From an uncultured Spirochaetota bacterium (GTDB taxonomy: Bacteria; Spirochaetota; Spirochaetia; SZUA-6; CAVTHK01): a DNA stretch of 64,000 bases. The DNA lies in NCBI GenBank assembly GCA_963734495.1, contig CAVTHK010000003.1, positions 401,318 to 465,317 on the forward strand, in the 5' to 3' direction. The notes beneath the pieces were generated by a model. The model was given only the letters and a program-made list of their open reading frames with translations, searched no databases and was not told the DNA's origin. A program made the position numbers and the translations under genes. Shown in pieces: positions 18,572 through 26,857 of the stretch (positions are counted from its first letter, which is position 1; each line of letters starts with the position of its first letter).

Positions 18572-19260
18572 GCCTCACCCCGGCTCGTTGCCTCGCCGTC
18601 CAGGCGAACCGACCGCCCGAGAGACCACAGAGCGACCGACCCGCCGCGGCGAAGGAGCGCGACCGAGTCCAGGTAAGCCGGAACGCCCACGTCCTCGTGG
18701 CGGAGGCCGAGATAGCGCTCGCGCAGCAGCATCAGGTTCCAGTCGTGCGTCACGGCGACCGTCACCGGGGATGGCGAATCCTCGAGCCGGCGCAGCGCTT
18801 CCTTGATCTCGAAGGCGGCAGCCTCGGCCAGCGGCGCGATCAGGCCCGAAGAGTACCTGCCGTCGAACCACGCGCGCAGGAACGCGTCCGGCCCGCGGGC
18901 GGCGATCTCTTCGTTGACCCACTGCGCCTCGCCGCCGATGAAATCGCCGCCCAGCCAGCCCAGCGGCCCCTCCATGCTCGCGGCGCCTCCGGATTCCGCG
19001 GCGCCTCCCGCGAGCAACTCCGCCGTCTCGCGGCAGCGCGGGATCGGGCTGTGCCACACGGCGGCGCGTCCGAAGCGCGCGCCGATGAGCCTGCCGAGGG
19101 CGCGGGCGTCGAGACGGCCCTGCTCCGTCAGCATCACCGAAGCATGCGTGCGGATGTCGGTCACCTCCGCGCGCTCGGCATGCCGCATCAACAGCACCAT
19201 CCGGTCGAAGGGCGGGATCGCGGCGATCGACGAGCAGCGAAGAGCGGCCGGCGAGCTCAT
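18568..19260 (-). CDS. Histidine phosphatase superfamily protein
   Basis: 'LLMRHAER', 'HSPIPRCRETA' and 'VTHD'. Start taken at ATG 19260. Confidence 0.85.
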   Translation of the reverse strand: MSSPAALRCSSIAAIPPFDRMVLLMRHAERAEVTDIRTHASVMLTEQGRLDARALGRLIGARFGRAAVWHSPIPRCRETAELLAGGAAESGGAASMEGPLGWLGGDFIGGEAQWVNEEIAARGPDAFLRAWFDGRYSSGLIAPLAEAAAFEIKEALRRLEDSPSPVTVAVTHDWNLMLLRERYLGLRHEDVGVPAYLDSVALLRRGGSVALWSLGRSVRLDGEATSRGEA

Positions 19261-19265
19261 CGCGC

Positions 19266-20090
19266 CTACTCGTCCGCCATCACGACGCGGAAGCCCGCCC
19301 AGTCCTCCGGCTCCTCCGGCCCGAGGCGCACCCTCGCGGCCGAGCGGCACACGTCCGGCGGGTCGTGCCAGCAGCCTCCGCGCAGCACGCGCGAGTCCTT
19401 CTCCTTGCTCTTTCCGGCCGCCCGCGCGGTCCAGGCGCTGCCGTCGGCCGGCGCGCCGTCGTAGCTCTCGTGCCACCGGTCCTCGCACCACTCCCAGACG
19501 TTGCCGTGCATCTCGCACAGGCCGAAGGCGTTAGGCGGCAGCGAGCCGACTTCGACGGTCGCGTGCCGGTACTCGCCCGTCGGCTCGAGGGCGTAGGTGT
19601 GGAGCCCGACGTAGTTGGCCAGCTCCGTCGTGAGCGTCGGCCCGTACGCGAACGGCGTCGTCGTCCCCGCGCGGCAGGCGTACTCCCACTGCGCCTCGGA
19701 CGGAAGCGAAACCGCCCTTCCGATCTTCGCCGTAAGCGCCTTGCAGAACTCGTTCGCGGCAATCCACGACGTCCTGTCCGCCGGGAGCCGAGCGCCCTTG
19801 CAGCGATACGGCGGCGACCAGCTCATCACGGAGCCCCACTGCTCCTGCGTCACCGCGTACCTGCCGATCCGGAACGCGGCGACAGCGACCCTGTGCTGCG
19901 GCCGCTCGTCGTCGTACCCCGTGCGGCCCGGCGATCCCATCGCGAGCTCGCCCGCGGGGACGCGCACCATCTCCAGCTCCGCCCGCCCGAGGTCGAAGAC
20001 CATCCGCTCGGCGGACAGGACCGACCGCCGGACCACCTTCCCATGGTCGTCCAGGAAAGGAACTTCAAAGGTGAAGGTCTCCGCCGTCAT
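19266..20090 (-). CDS. Formylglycine-generating enzyme family (SUMF1/FGE-sulfatase) domain protein
   Basis: 'AMGSP...DERPQHRV', 'YAVTQEQW', 'LPSEAQWEYACRAG', 'PNAFGLCEMHGNVWEWC', 'RGGCW' and 'GFRVV'. Confidence 0.9.
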   Translation of the reverse strand: MTAETFTFEVPFLDDHGKVVRRSVLSAERMVFDLGRAELEMVRVPAGELAMGSPGRTGYDDERPQHRVAVAAFRIGRYAVTQEQWGSVMSWSPPYRCKGARLPADRTSWIAANEFCKALTAKIGRAVSLPSEAQWEYACRAGTTTPFAYGPTLTTELANYVGLHTYALEPTGEYRHATVEVGSLPPNAFGLCEMHGNVWEWCEDRWHESYDGAPADGSAWTARAAGKSKEKDSRVLRGGCWHDPPDVCRSAARVRLGPEEPEDWAGFRVVMADE

Positions 20091-20168
20091 CCGCGCCTCC
20101 CGGCCGATCGTGCAGCGCGATCGGGGGCAAGGTCAACTCGCGCCCGCGCGCGGAAAGGGCCGCAGCGC

Positions 20169-20813
20169 TCAGGCGAGGCCGTCGAGGAGAGGCCCGTAGC
20201 GGCGGGCCACGGCCAGGATCTCGGCGAACGCGTCGAGGTCGACGGCGGCCGCGATGGCGTCGAGGGCCGCGGCGAAGTCGCAGCTCTCGTCGCGGTAGAT
20301 GCGCCGCATCCGCGCGAAGTCCGGCCGCAGGCGGTCGTTGGCCTCGCGCCATCGGTCGAACCAGCGGCCCGCGCTCTCCGGTCCGTGCTCGAGCAGCGCG
20401 AGGAGGAAGAGCGCGCTCAAGGCGCTCTCGGTCTCGCCTCCGCATCCGTGGACGGTCGCGTGGGTGCGCGTGGCCCACTCCCGCGCGACGGCGTCCGTGC
20501 CCTGGTAGCAGGCGAGCAGGTACAGATCCACGCCCGCCGCGAGCCTCAGGTCCCGCGGGTGCAGGGCCGCGCCGCCCGGACCGAGGCCGTCGCTGATGCG
20601 CGCGCCGCCGGGCGCGCCGTGGCCCGAGACCGCCACCCAGCGCAGGGCTCGCCTGCGGCCGAGGGCGAGCGGCCCGTCGCCTCGCCAGGCGATGTGATGC
20701 GCTGCTCCGCATCCGGCCAGCAGGCGGCACGCCCGCTCGACGCCGCGGAACTGGCGGTCCGCTGCCGCGGCGCAGGTGATGAGCAGGTACCGCGTCCCCC
20801 GAGGGATCTCCAT
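20169..20813 (-). CDS. Hypothetical protein with CHAT/caspase-like motifs
   Basis: 'WVAVSGHG' and 'LYLLACYQG' resemble the CHAT His-Gly / Ala-Cys dyad. Start at ATG 20813 (MEIPRG). Confidence 0.55.
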   Translation of the reverse strand: MEIPRGTRYLLITCAAAADRQFRGVERACRLLAGCGAAHHIAWRGDGPLALGRRRALRWVAVSGHGAPGGARISDGLGPGGAALHPRDLRLAAGVDLYLLACYQGTDAVAREWATRTHATVHGCGGETESALSALFLLALLEHGPESAGRWFDRWREANDRLRPDFARMRRIYRDESCDFAAALDAIAAAVDLDAFAEILAVARRYGPLLDGLA

Positions 20814-20824
20814 GGCGCGGGGGG

Positions 20825-21532
20825 CTACCTGTTCGGGTCCCAGGTGAGGGTCACGCCGAACTCGTTCGTGAGGCTCGTGCTCTCCGTGCTGGCCGACCCC
20901 AGCGGCGTGTAGAGCGTGCCGCGGTAGCTGGCTCCTACCGTCACGGCGTCGAGCCTGGACAGCACGCGCAGCCCCGCGGCCCACGTCTGCTGCGATCTCG
21001 CGTCGTTCTCGTAGAGGTCGAAGCCGCTCTTCACCAGGCCGGTGATGTGCGTGCCGCGGACCGGCTCGTAGGTCGTCGAGACTCCGCCGGTGAGCTCCAG
21101 GTAGTCGCTGGAGTCGGTCGCCGGCGCGGGCTCGTCGTAGCTCACCCACTTGGACCGCAGCTCCGTCTCCAGGGTCAGCCTGTCGGTCAGGTCCACGGAC
21201 ATCTCGGGCTTGAGGTAGAAGTACCTGTAGTCGGCGGTTCCATCCTTGTAGTCCTTGGTCGAGTAGTACAGGGTCAGGTTCCCGACCAGGTCGCGCGACA
21301 GCTCCTCCTTGATGCGGAGGCTCACCGAGTTGCGCACGGAAGACGGCTCCAGCGCCGCCGCATCCTCGTAGTCGGGCTCTTCCATGCCGATTCCTCCCGT
21401 GTACCGCAGGTAGAAGACCGGAAGCTTCGGCGCCTGTTTCGTCGGCTGCGCTTGCTGCGCCTGTTGCGCCTGTTGCGCCGCTCCCAGCGCTGCCGCGAGC
21501 AGAAACAGCCCGGCGACCATTACTTTCTGCAT
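20825..21532 (-). CDS. Putative outer-membrane beta-barrel protein
   Basis: Signal peptide, Gln-rich linker, many alternating amphipathic Tyr/Thr-rich strands, C-terminal 'FGVTLTWDPNR'. GGAG SD. Confidence 0.65.
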   Translation of the reverse strand: MQKVMVAGLFLLAAALGAAQQAQQAQQAQPTKQAPKLPVFYLRYTGGIGMEEPDYEDAAALEPSSVRNSVSLRIKEELSRDLVGNLTLYYSTKDYKDGTADYRYFYLKPEMSVDLTDRLTLETELRSKWVSYDEPAPATDSSDYLELTGGVSTTYEPVRGTHITGLVKSGFDLYENDARSQQTWAAGLRVLSRLDAVTVGASYRGTLYTPLGSASTESTSLTNEFGVTLTWDPNR

Positions 21533-21612
21533 TCTCCGCCTCCGCCGCGAGTCTATGGGCGGCCGCCCGAATGTCAAATTCGCACTTCGCGGCGGGTCGC
21601 GCCTCGCGGCGC

Positions 21613-21687
21613 TGAACGGATCAGGTTCACAGCGCCTCTAGTGAACCTTAAAGGTTCATTTGACAAGAAGTGAACCGAAAGAGTACA
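21613..21687. promoter_or_regulatory. Three tandem inverted-repeat operators TGAAC-N7-GTTCA at a 29-bp period
   Basis: TGAAC-GGATCAG-GTTCA (21613), TGAAC-CTTAAAG-GTTCA (21642) and TGAAC-CGAAAGA-GTACA (21671). Confidence 0.7.
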
Positions 21688-21689
21688 GT
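21660..21689 (+). promoter_or_regulatory. sigma70 promoter TTGACA-N18-TACAGT, probably giving a leaderless satD mRNA
   Basis: -35 at 21660-21665 and -10 at 21684-21689. GTG start 5 nt later at 21695 with no SD. Confidence 0.6.
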
Positions 21690-21694
21690 GAATC

Positions 21695-22336
21695 GTGCCC
21701 TACCTCGTCGTGATTGGAGATGTGGTAGCGTCGCGTGCCGCCGACAGCAGGGGCGAGCTGCAACGCTCCCTGACGGACGTCATCGGCCGCCTGAACGGGA
21801 CCGCGCGGCGAAGGCTCGCGTCGCCCTACACGATCACCCTCGGCGACGAGTTCCAGGCCGTCTACAGCTCGCCCCGTGCCCTGCTCTCCGACTTCTGGCT
21901 GCTGCTCGAAGCGCTCCACCCCGTAAAGCTTCGCCTCGCCGTCGGAATCGGTGAGATCGTGACGCCCATCAATGAGCGTCAGGCCCTCGGGATGGACGGC
22001 CCCTCTTTCTACAGCGCTCGCGAGGCGATGGACGACCTGAAGAAGGAGCGCGAAAGCATCATCCGGATCGAGGCCGGCGCCGGCACCCTCGAGCTGTCGA
22101 ATGCCGCCTTGCGCCTGGTCTGCCGCGTGATCGCGGGGTGGAAGCGCGACACGCTCTCGACTCTCGTCAGGCTCGCGGGGGGCCACTCGGTGGAAGAGAT
22201 CGCGCGGCAGGCGAAGGTGACGCAGCGTGCCATCTTCAAGCGGCTGCGCACGAACTCCCTGCGCGAAGTGCTCGCCGTAGCGGCGGCGGTGGAATCGGAC
22301 TTGGAGAAGGTCATGGTGAAGGCAGATGCGCGCTGA
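21695..22336 (+). CDS. satD: SatD family protein with C-terminal HTH
   Basis: 'VIGDVVASR', 'TLGDEFQ', 'LRLAVGIG' and 'MDGPSFYSAR'. The C-terminal 'SVEEIARQAKVTQRAIFKRL' is an HTH. Confidence 0.88.
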   Translation: MPYLVVIGDVVASRAADSRGELQRSLTDVIGRLNGTARRRLASPYTITLGDEFQAVYSSPRALLSDFWLLLEALHPVKLRLAVGIGEIVTPINERQALGMDGPSFYSAREAMDDLKKERESIIRIEAGAGTLELSNAALRLVCRVIAGWKRDTLSTLVRLAGGHSVEEIARQAKVTQRAIFKRLRTNSLREVLAVAAAVESDLEKVMVKADAR

Positions 22337-23099
22337 GTATCTCTACCTCGCCTTTGTCGTGCTGCTCACGCGGGCCCTGCTGAGCTCCCGGGAGCGGCCC
22401 ATGAGCCTGGGGCGCCTCGTTCTCCTGGTCCTCCTGCAGCTCGCCTCGCTCGCCGGGATGGAGAAGACCGCTGCGGTCGCCCTCGTGGCCGCGGCGATGA
22501 CCGCGGTCAGCGTGGGCGCATTCGTGCTCGAGCCCCGCGAAACGCCGGACAGGGCACGCGACGCGTCGCGGAACCTGGTGCGTTTTGGCGCCGCGGTCCT
22601 GCTGCTCGTGGGCCTGAGCTTCATCGGCTCCCCCGGCCGGTCCACCGTGCGCTTCGCCGAATGGGCGCTCCGCGCGATCCGCGCGCTTGCCGGCGCGAGC
22701 GTCCTCCTCGGCAGAGTCGATGCCCGCGGCCTCGAGGCTGCCCTTGCGATCCTCTCGGGCGCCCTCTTCGTCTCGGTCGAGATCAACAACCTCACCCGCT
22801 ACGTCCTTCTCAGCCTGAAGGTGGCGCCGGCTGCCGCGGAGGGCGGGCAGGACAGGGGAGAGACTCAGCTTCGCCGCGGGAAGATGATCGGGATCGTGGA
22901 GCGCCTCCTCATCTTCTACTTCGTGCTCACTTCGAACCTCTCCGCGATCGGCTTCGTGCTCGCTGCCAAGGGCTTTACCCGCTTCCGAGAGCTCGACGAC
23001 CGCGACTTCGCCGAATACGTGCTCATCGGGACCCTGCTTTCCGCGGCGGGCGCCGTGCTGGTGGGTATCGTCACGAGCCTGGTGCTCGCGACGCTGTAG
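22326..23099 (+). CDS. DUF3307-type membrane protein (usual satD partner)
   Basis: Multi-TM with C-terminal 'GKMIGIVER...AIGFVLAAKGFTRF..L....FAEYVLIGTLLS'. It overlaps the satD stop. Confidence 0.8.
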   Translation: MRAEYLYLAFVVLLTRALLSSRERPMSLGRLVLLVLLQLASLAGMEKTAAVALVAAAMTAVSVGAFVLEPRETPDRARDASRNLVRFGAAVLLLVGLSFIGSPGRSTVRFAEWALRAIRALAGASVLLGRVDARGLEAALAILSGALFVSVEINNLTRYVLLSLKVAPAAAEGGQDRGETQLRRGKMIGIVERLLIFYFVLTSNLSAIGFVLAAKGFTRFRELDDRDFAEYVLIGTLLSAAGAVLVGIVTSLVLATL

Positions 23100-23120
23100 C
23101 CGGGCGGCCGGAGGCGGGCC

Positions 23121-23801
23121 CTACGGCTCGTAGCGATAGCCGGCGGTGTGCACGGTGCGGATGATCACGGGGTTTTTCGGGTCGCGCTCGATGCGCTTGC
23201 GGAGCTGCGAGATGTGCTGGTCGAGGGTGCGGCTGTTGGGCAGGTGCGCGATGCCCCAGCCCGCGTCGAAGAGCGCGTCGCGGTCGAGCACGCGGCCGGG
23301 GGCCGCGGCGAACGCGCGCAGCAGCCGCACGTCCCGCACCGTGAGCCGCAGCGGCCGCCCCTCGCGGTAGGCGCGCAGCTCCGCGGGCACGACGCGCAGG
23401 TCGCCGATCTCGAACGGCTCGTTGCCGGTCACCGGCGCACGCGAGGCGCGCCGCGTGACCGCGCGGATGCGCGCCAGCACCTCCTGCACGCCGAACGGCT
23501 TGACGACAAAGTCGTCGGCGCCGAGCTCCAGGCCGAGCACCTTGTCGATCTCCTCGCCCTTGGCGCTGACAAAGATCACAGGCACCGCGGGGCTCTGCCT
23601 GCGGATCCGCCGGCAGACGTCGTAGCCGCTCTCGCCCGGCATCATCACGTCGAGCAGCACGAGCGCGGGACGCTCCGCGGCAAAGAGCTGCCACGCGCGC
23701 GTGCCGTCCTCCGCGGCGACGACCTCGTAGCCTTCGGCCGTGAGGATCTCGACGAGCGCTTCGCGCGTGTTGCGGTCGTCTTCGGCGACGAGGACCTTCA
23801 C
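23121..23801 (-). CDS. OmpR/PhoB-family response regulator
   Basis: Receiver domain (VAEDD, LLDVMMP, VSAK, 'GADDFVVKPF') and wHTH 'SRTLDQHISQLRKRIE...TVHTAGY'. GTG 23801 overlaps the kinase stop. Confidence 0.93.
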   Translation of the reverse strand: MKVLVAEDDRNTREALVEILTAEGYEVVAAEDGTRAWQLFAAERPALVLLDVMMPGESGYDVCRRIRRQSPAVPVIFVSAKGEEIDKVLGLELGADDFVVKPFGVQEVLARIRAVTRRASRAPVTGNEPFEIGDLRVVPAELRAYREGRPLRLTVRDVRLLRAFAAAPGRVLDRDALFDAGWGIAHLPNSRTLDQHISQLRKRIERDPKNPVIIRTVHTAGYRYEP

Positions 23802-25339
23802 CTGGAAGCCTCCTCGGGAGCGGCGGCCGGCGTCCGCAGCGTGACCACGAAACGCGCGCCCCGCTCGGAAGGGGCGGCCGACAGGTCGCCGCCGTGCTGT
23901 CGCGCCAGCTCCCGCGCGATCGTGAGGCCGATGCCCGTGCCCGCCACCCCGTCCGTGAGCCGGTCGGACAGGCGCACGAACGGCTGGAACACCCGCTCGC
24001 GGGCTTCGCGCGGGATGCCCGGTCCGCGGTCGCTCACCTCGACGACCGTGACGTCGCCCCCGCGCGAAGTGCGGATGCCGACATAGCGGCCGGCGGCCGC
24101 GTACTTTTCCGCGTTCGAGAGCAGGTTGCCCACGATCTGCTCGAGGGCGTCGGGATCGACGAGGACGCGGTCCGGGGCCCCGGGCTCGAGCTCGACGACG
24201 AATCCCGCGGCCTCGAAGGCGGGCCGGAAGGCAGCTACCACGGCCGCCACAGTCTCGTCGACGACGCCCGGCCGCGGCGCGAGGGGACGGGCCGCCGCGC
24301 CCCGCCGGGTGAACGTCAGCACGTTGGCGATCAGCCGGCCGAGGCGCCTGCTTTCGTCGACGACGACCGCGAGCTGCTCCTTCGCCTTCGCGTCGGACTC
24401 GGGCAGCCTCCGCTCCAGCAGCTCGGCGTACAGCCGGATGTTGGTGAGGGGGGTCTTGAGCTCGTGCGACACCTGGCTCACGAAGCTCATCCTCTGCGCC
24501 GCCTCGCGCAGCTCGCGCGAGCTCTCGCGATGGAGATAGAACGCGAGGCCCGCCAGGGCGATGACCGCGGCAGCCATGGACGCGATCGGCGCCAGGGCCG
24601 TGCCGGCGGCGGCGGGCGCCGCCGGCGCGAAGACCTCGATCGTCCAGGACTCGAGGGGCGGGGAGAGGGCACGGCGGACGCGCGGGGCTTCTCCCGCGGC
24701 CGGAGCGGTGCCGCCCCACTGGAAGAGGACGCGGCCCGCTTCGGCGAGCACGAAGCGGCCCTCGCCCGTCTCGTCGGGCTCGGAGTCGGGCAGGGCCGCG
24801 AGGAGATCGGCGAGGAGCGCGGAGCGGCCGACCTCGGCGCCGATCACCGTGCCGTCCGCCTCTCTGCGCCAGAACAGCCAGTGCACCCCGTCGCCCCAGA
24901 ACCAGGGGCGCCAGCCGAAGCCCGCGTCGCGCGATTCCGGGTCGGGCCGCCGCGCCACGCCGCCTCCCGCGAACAGCTCTCGCGTGCGCGCGACAAAGTC
25001 GCGCTCGCGCTCGCCGCCGTCCGCCGTCGGCCATGCGAGGGAGCCGTCGGCCGCAAGCACGAAGATCTGCCGCAGGAGCCTGCTCTCGCGCATCCGCTGC
25101 CGCAGCGTCCCCTCGCCGCGGTCCGGGAGCTGCAGCGCGGCGAGAAGCTCCGCCTCCCGCTCGCGCAGCCGCCGCGCCAGGCGCGCGTCGGCTTCGGCCG
25201 CGCGGAGCGCGAGCAGCTCGTCGAAGCGGCGCCTGCCCGCCTCCGCCTCCGCCGCGCGGATCCGTAACCCCAGCACCGCGAGCAGGGTCACGGGGATCAG
25301 CACGAGCAGGAGCAGGATGACGGTCAGGCGCTTCTTCAC
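23798..25339 (-). CDS. Membrane sensor histidine kinase (HisKA + HATPase_c)
   Basis: Two TMs, H-box 'VSHELKTPL', N-box 'NLLSNAEKY', 'DRGPGI', and G2 'GTGIGL'. GTG start at 25339. Confidence 0.92.
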   Translation of the reverse strand: MKKRLTVILLLLVLIPVTLLAVLGLRIRAAEAEAGRRRFDELLALRAAEADARLARRLREREAELLAALQLPDRGEGTLRQRMRESRLLRQIFVLAADGSLAWPTADGGERERDFVARTRELFAGGGVARRPDPESRDAGFGWRPWFWGDGVHWLFWRREADGTVIGAEVGRSALLADLLAALPDSEPDETGEGRFVLAEAGRVLFQWGGTAPAAGEAPRVRRALSPPLESWTIEVFAPAAPAAAGTALAPIASMAAAVIALAGLAFYLHRESSRELREAAQRMSFVSQVSHELKTPLTNIRLYAELLERRLPESDAKAKEQLAVVVDESRRLGRLIANVLTFTRRGAAARPLAPRPGVVDETVAAVVAAFRPAFEAAGFVVELEPGAPDRVLVDPDALEQIVGNLLSNAEKYAAAGRYVGIRTSRGGDVTVVEVSDRGPGIPREARERVFQPFVRLSDRLTDGVAGTGIGLTIARELARQHGGDLSAAPSERGARFVVTLRTPAAAPEEASR

Positions 25340-25358
25340 GCCGCGGTGCCCTTCTTCA

Positions 25359-26670
25359 CTAATAGCTCTGCTGCGTCTGGTTCGCGTGCTGGAGGCTGCG
25401 CATCTTCTTGCGCTGCGCGTCCCAGTCCGCCTTGTCCAGCGCCTTCGCGTCGGCCTCGTTCGCCGCGCCGTACGCCTCGAGCTCCGGAGCGGCCAGCGCC
25501 GAAGCGCTCTCGCGCAGCTGTCTTCGCGTTGTCCATCAGGAGCTGCCGGGCCTCGTCGACGCGGCCTTCGTCGCGGAGCTGGACCGCCCGGTCGTTGGCC
25601 TCGGTGGCCTGCTGGATCACCACCGAGCTCAGCACCTTGCGGTCCGCGTTCTGGTCGGCGACCTCCCGCGAAGCCGTGTAGCGCACGCTCGCGCCGCCGC
25701 GCACCCGGTCCACCGACTTCGAAGCGGTGTCCGCGTACGCGACGTCGACCGTGGCGACGTCCCTCTCCTCGCCGGCGCGGCCGGCGGGGACCTCGAGCTC
25801 GAGCAGCAGGTACTTCTCCTGGCTGCCGTACAGCTCGTTCAGCGACGCGTACGCGCGCTGGCCCACGATGTCCGCTTCGCGTCCGACGATGCGGAGCGGC
25901 CGCACGCCGTCCGCGCACCGGATCTCGATGCGCACCTCGCGGGCGACGACCGAGAGGATGTCGCCGAGCTCGCGCTCGAAGATGCGCACCAGGTCCCGCG
26001 AGCTCTCGACGAACGCGTGATTGCCGTCGCTTTCGGCGGCGAGGCGCACCATCAGGTCCTCGTTGTACCCGAGCCCGAGGCCGATGGTGGTCACGGAGAT
26101 CCCTTCCTTCTTGAGCGAAGCGCCGAGGTCCGCGAGCGCGCCGGGCGTGTCGGGGCCCACGTTGGCCAGGCCGTCCGACAGAAGGATGACCCGGTTGACC
26201 CGGTTGCGGTCGAGGAACTTGCGCACCTCGTCCGCGCCGCGGCTGACGCCGGCGAACAGCGCCGTGCTTCCTCCCGCGTGCAGCCGGTCGATCATCGAGC
26301 GGATCCGTTCCTTGTCCGAGGCCCGGGTGGCGGGAACGAGAACGTGCACGGTGTCGGAGTAGGTGACGACCGAGACGATGTCGCGCGCGTCGAGCATGTC
26401 GACGGCGAGAAGGGCGGCTTCCTTGGCCCGCTCGATCTTCTCGCCCTCCATCGAGCCCGAGCGGTCGAGCACGATGGCGACGTTGCCCGCGGTCCGGGTC
26501 CCCCGGTCCGCCGCGGCGCCGGTGAGCGAGATCCTCAGGTAGACCTTCGCGCCCTGCCCCGCGACCACATACGGGTTGGAGAGCGACACGTCGAGGGCCA
26601 CGGGCCGGGCGTGCGCCGCGGCCGCGAGCAGGCCCGTGAGGAGCCCGGCAAGGACGGCTGTTCGTTTCAT
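25359..26670 (-). CDS. Exported vWA-domain protein (YfbK-like), frameshift near 25523
   Basis: Signal peptide, MIDAS 'VLDRSGSMEG', 'LLSDGLANVG' and 'GLGLGYNEDLM'. After one indel the C-terminus reads '...SLQHANQTQQSY*' (TAG 25361-25359). Confidence 0.88.
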
Positions 26671-26857
26671 GTCTTACCTCCCAAAGTGAGCGTTCACCCC
26701 AAGAGGTACCTCACGCCTCCCGCCGCATGGTGAGAGGGGCGTAAGAGGAGTGTAAAACAATTGTGAAGAAGGCCGCCGCCCGGCGGCCCGAGCGCTGCCG
26801 CGTCAGTCGCCCCCTCCGGGGGAGAGCATACCCGACGCGGGGGCCTGTGTCACGAAA

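Noticed and set aside
21613-21687. GAAC/GTTC repeats as LexA (SOS) boxes
   Set aside because: The spacing (inverted, N7) matches neither the Firmicute GAAC-N4-GTTC box nor the alphaproteobacterial direct GTTC-N7-GTTC box, and the flanking genes are not SOS genes.
23121-25918. Long ORFs 23121..25034 and 23798..25918 as large multidomain proteins
   Set aside because: Their N-terminal extensions are Arg/Ala-rich off-frame translations; the real starts are GTG 23801 and GTG 25339.
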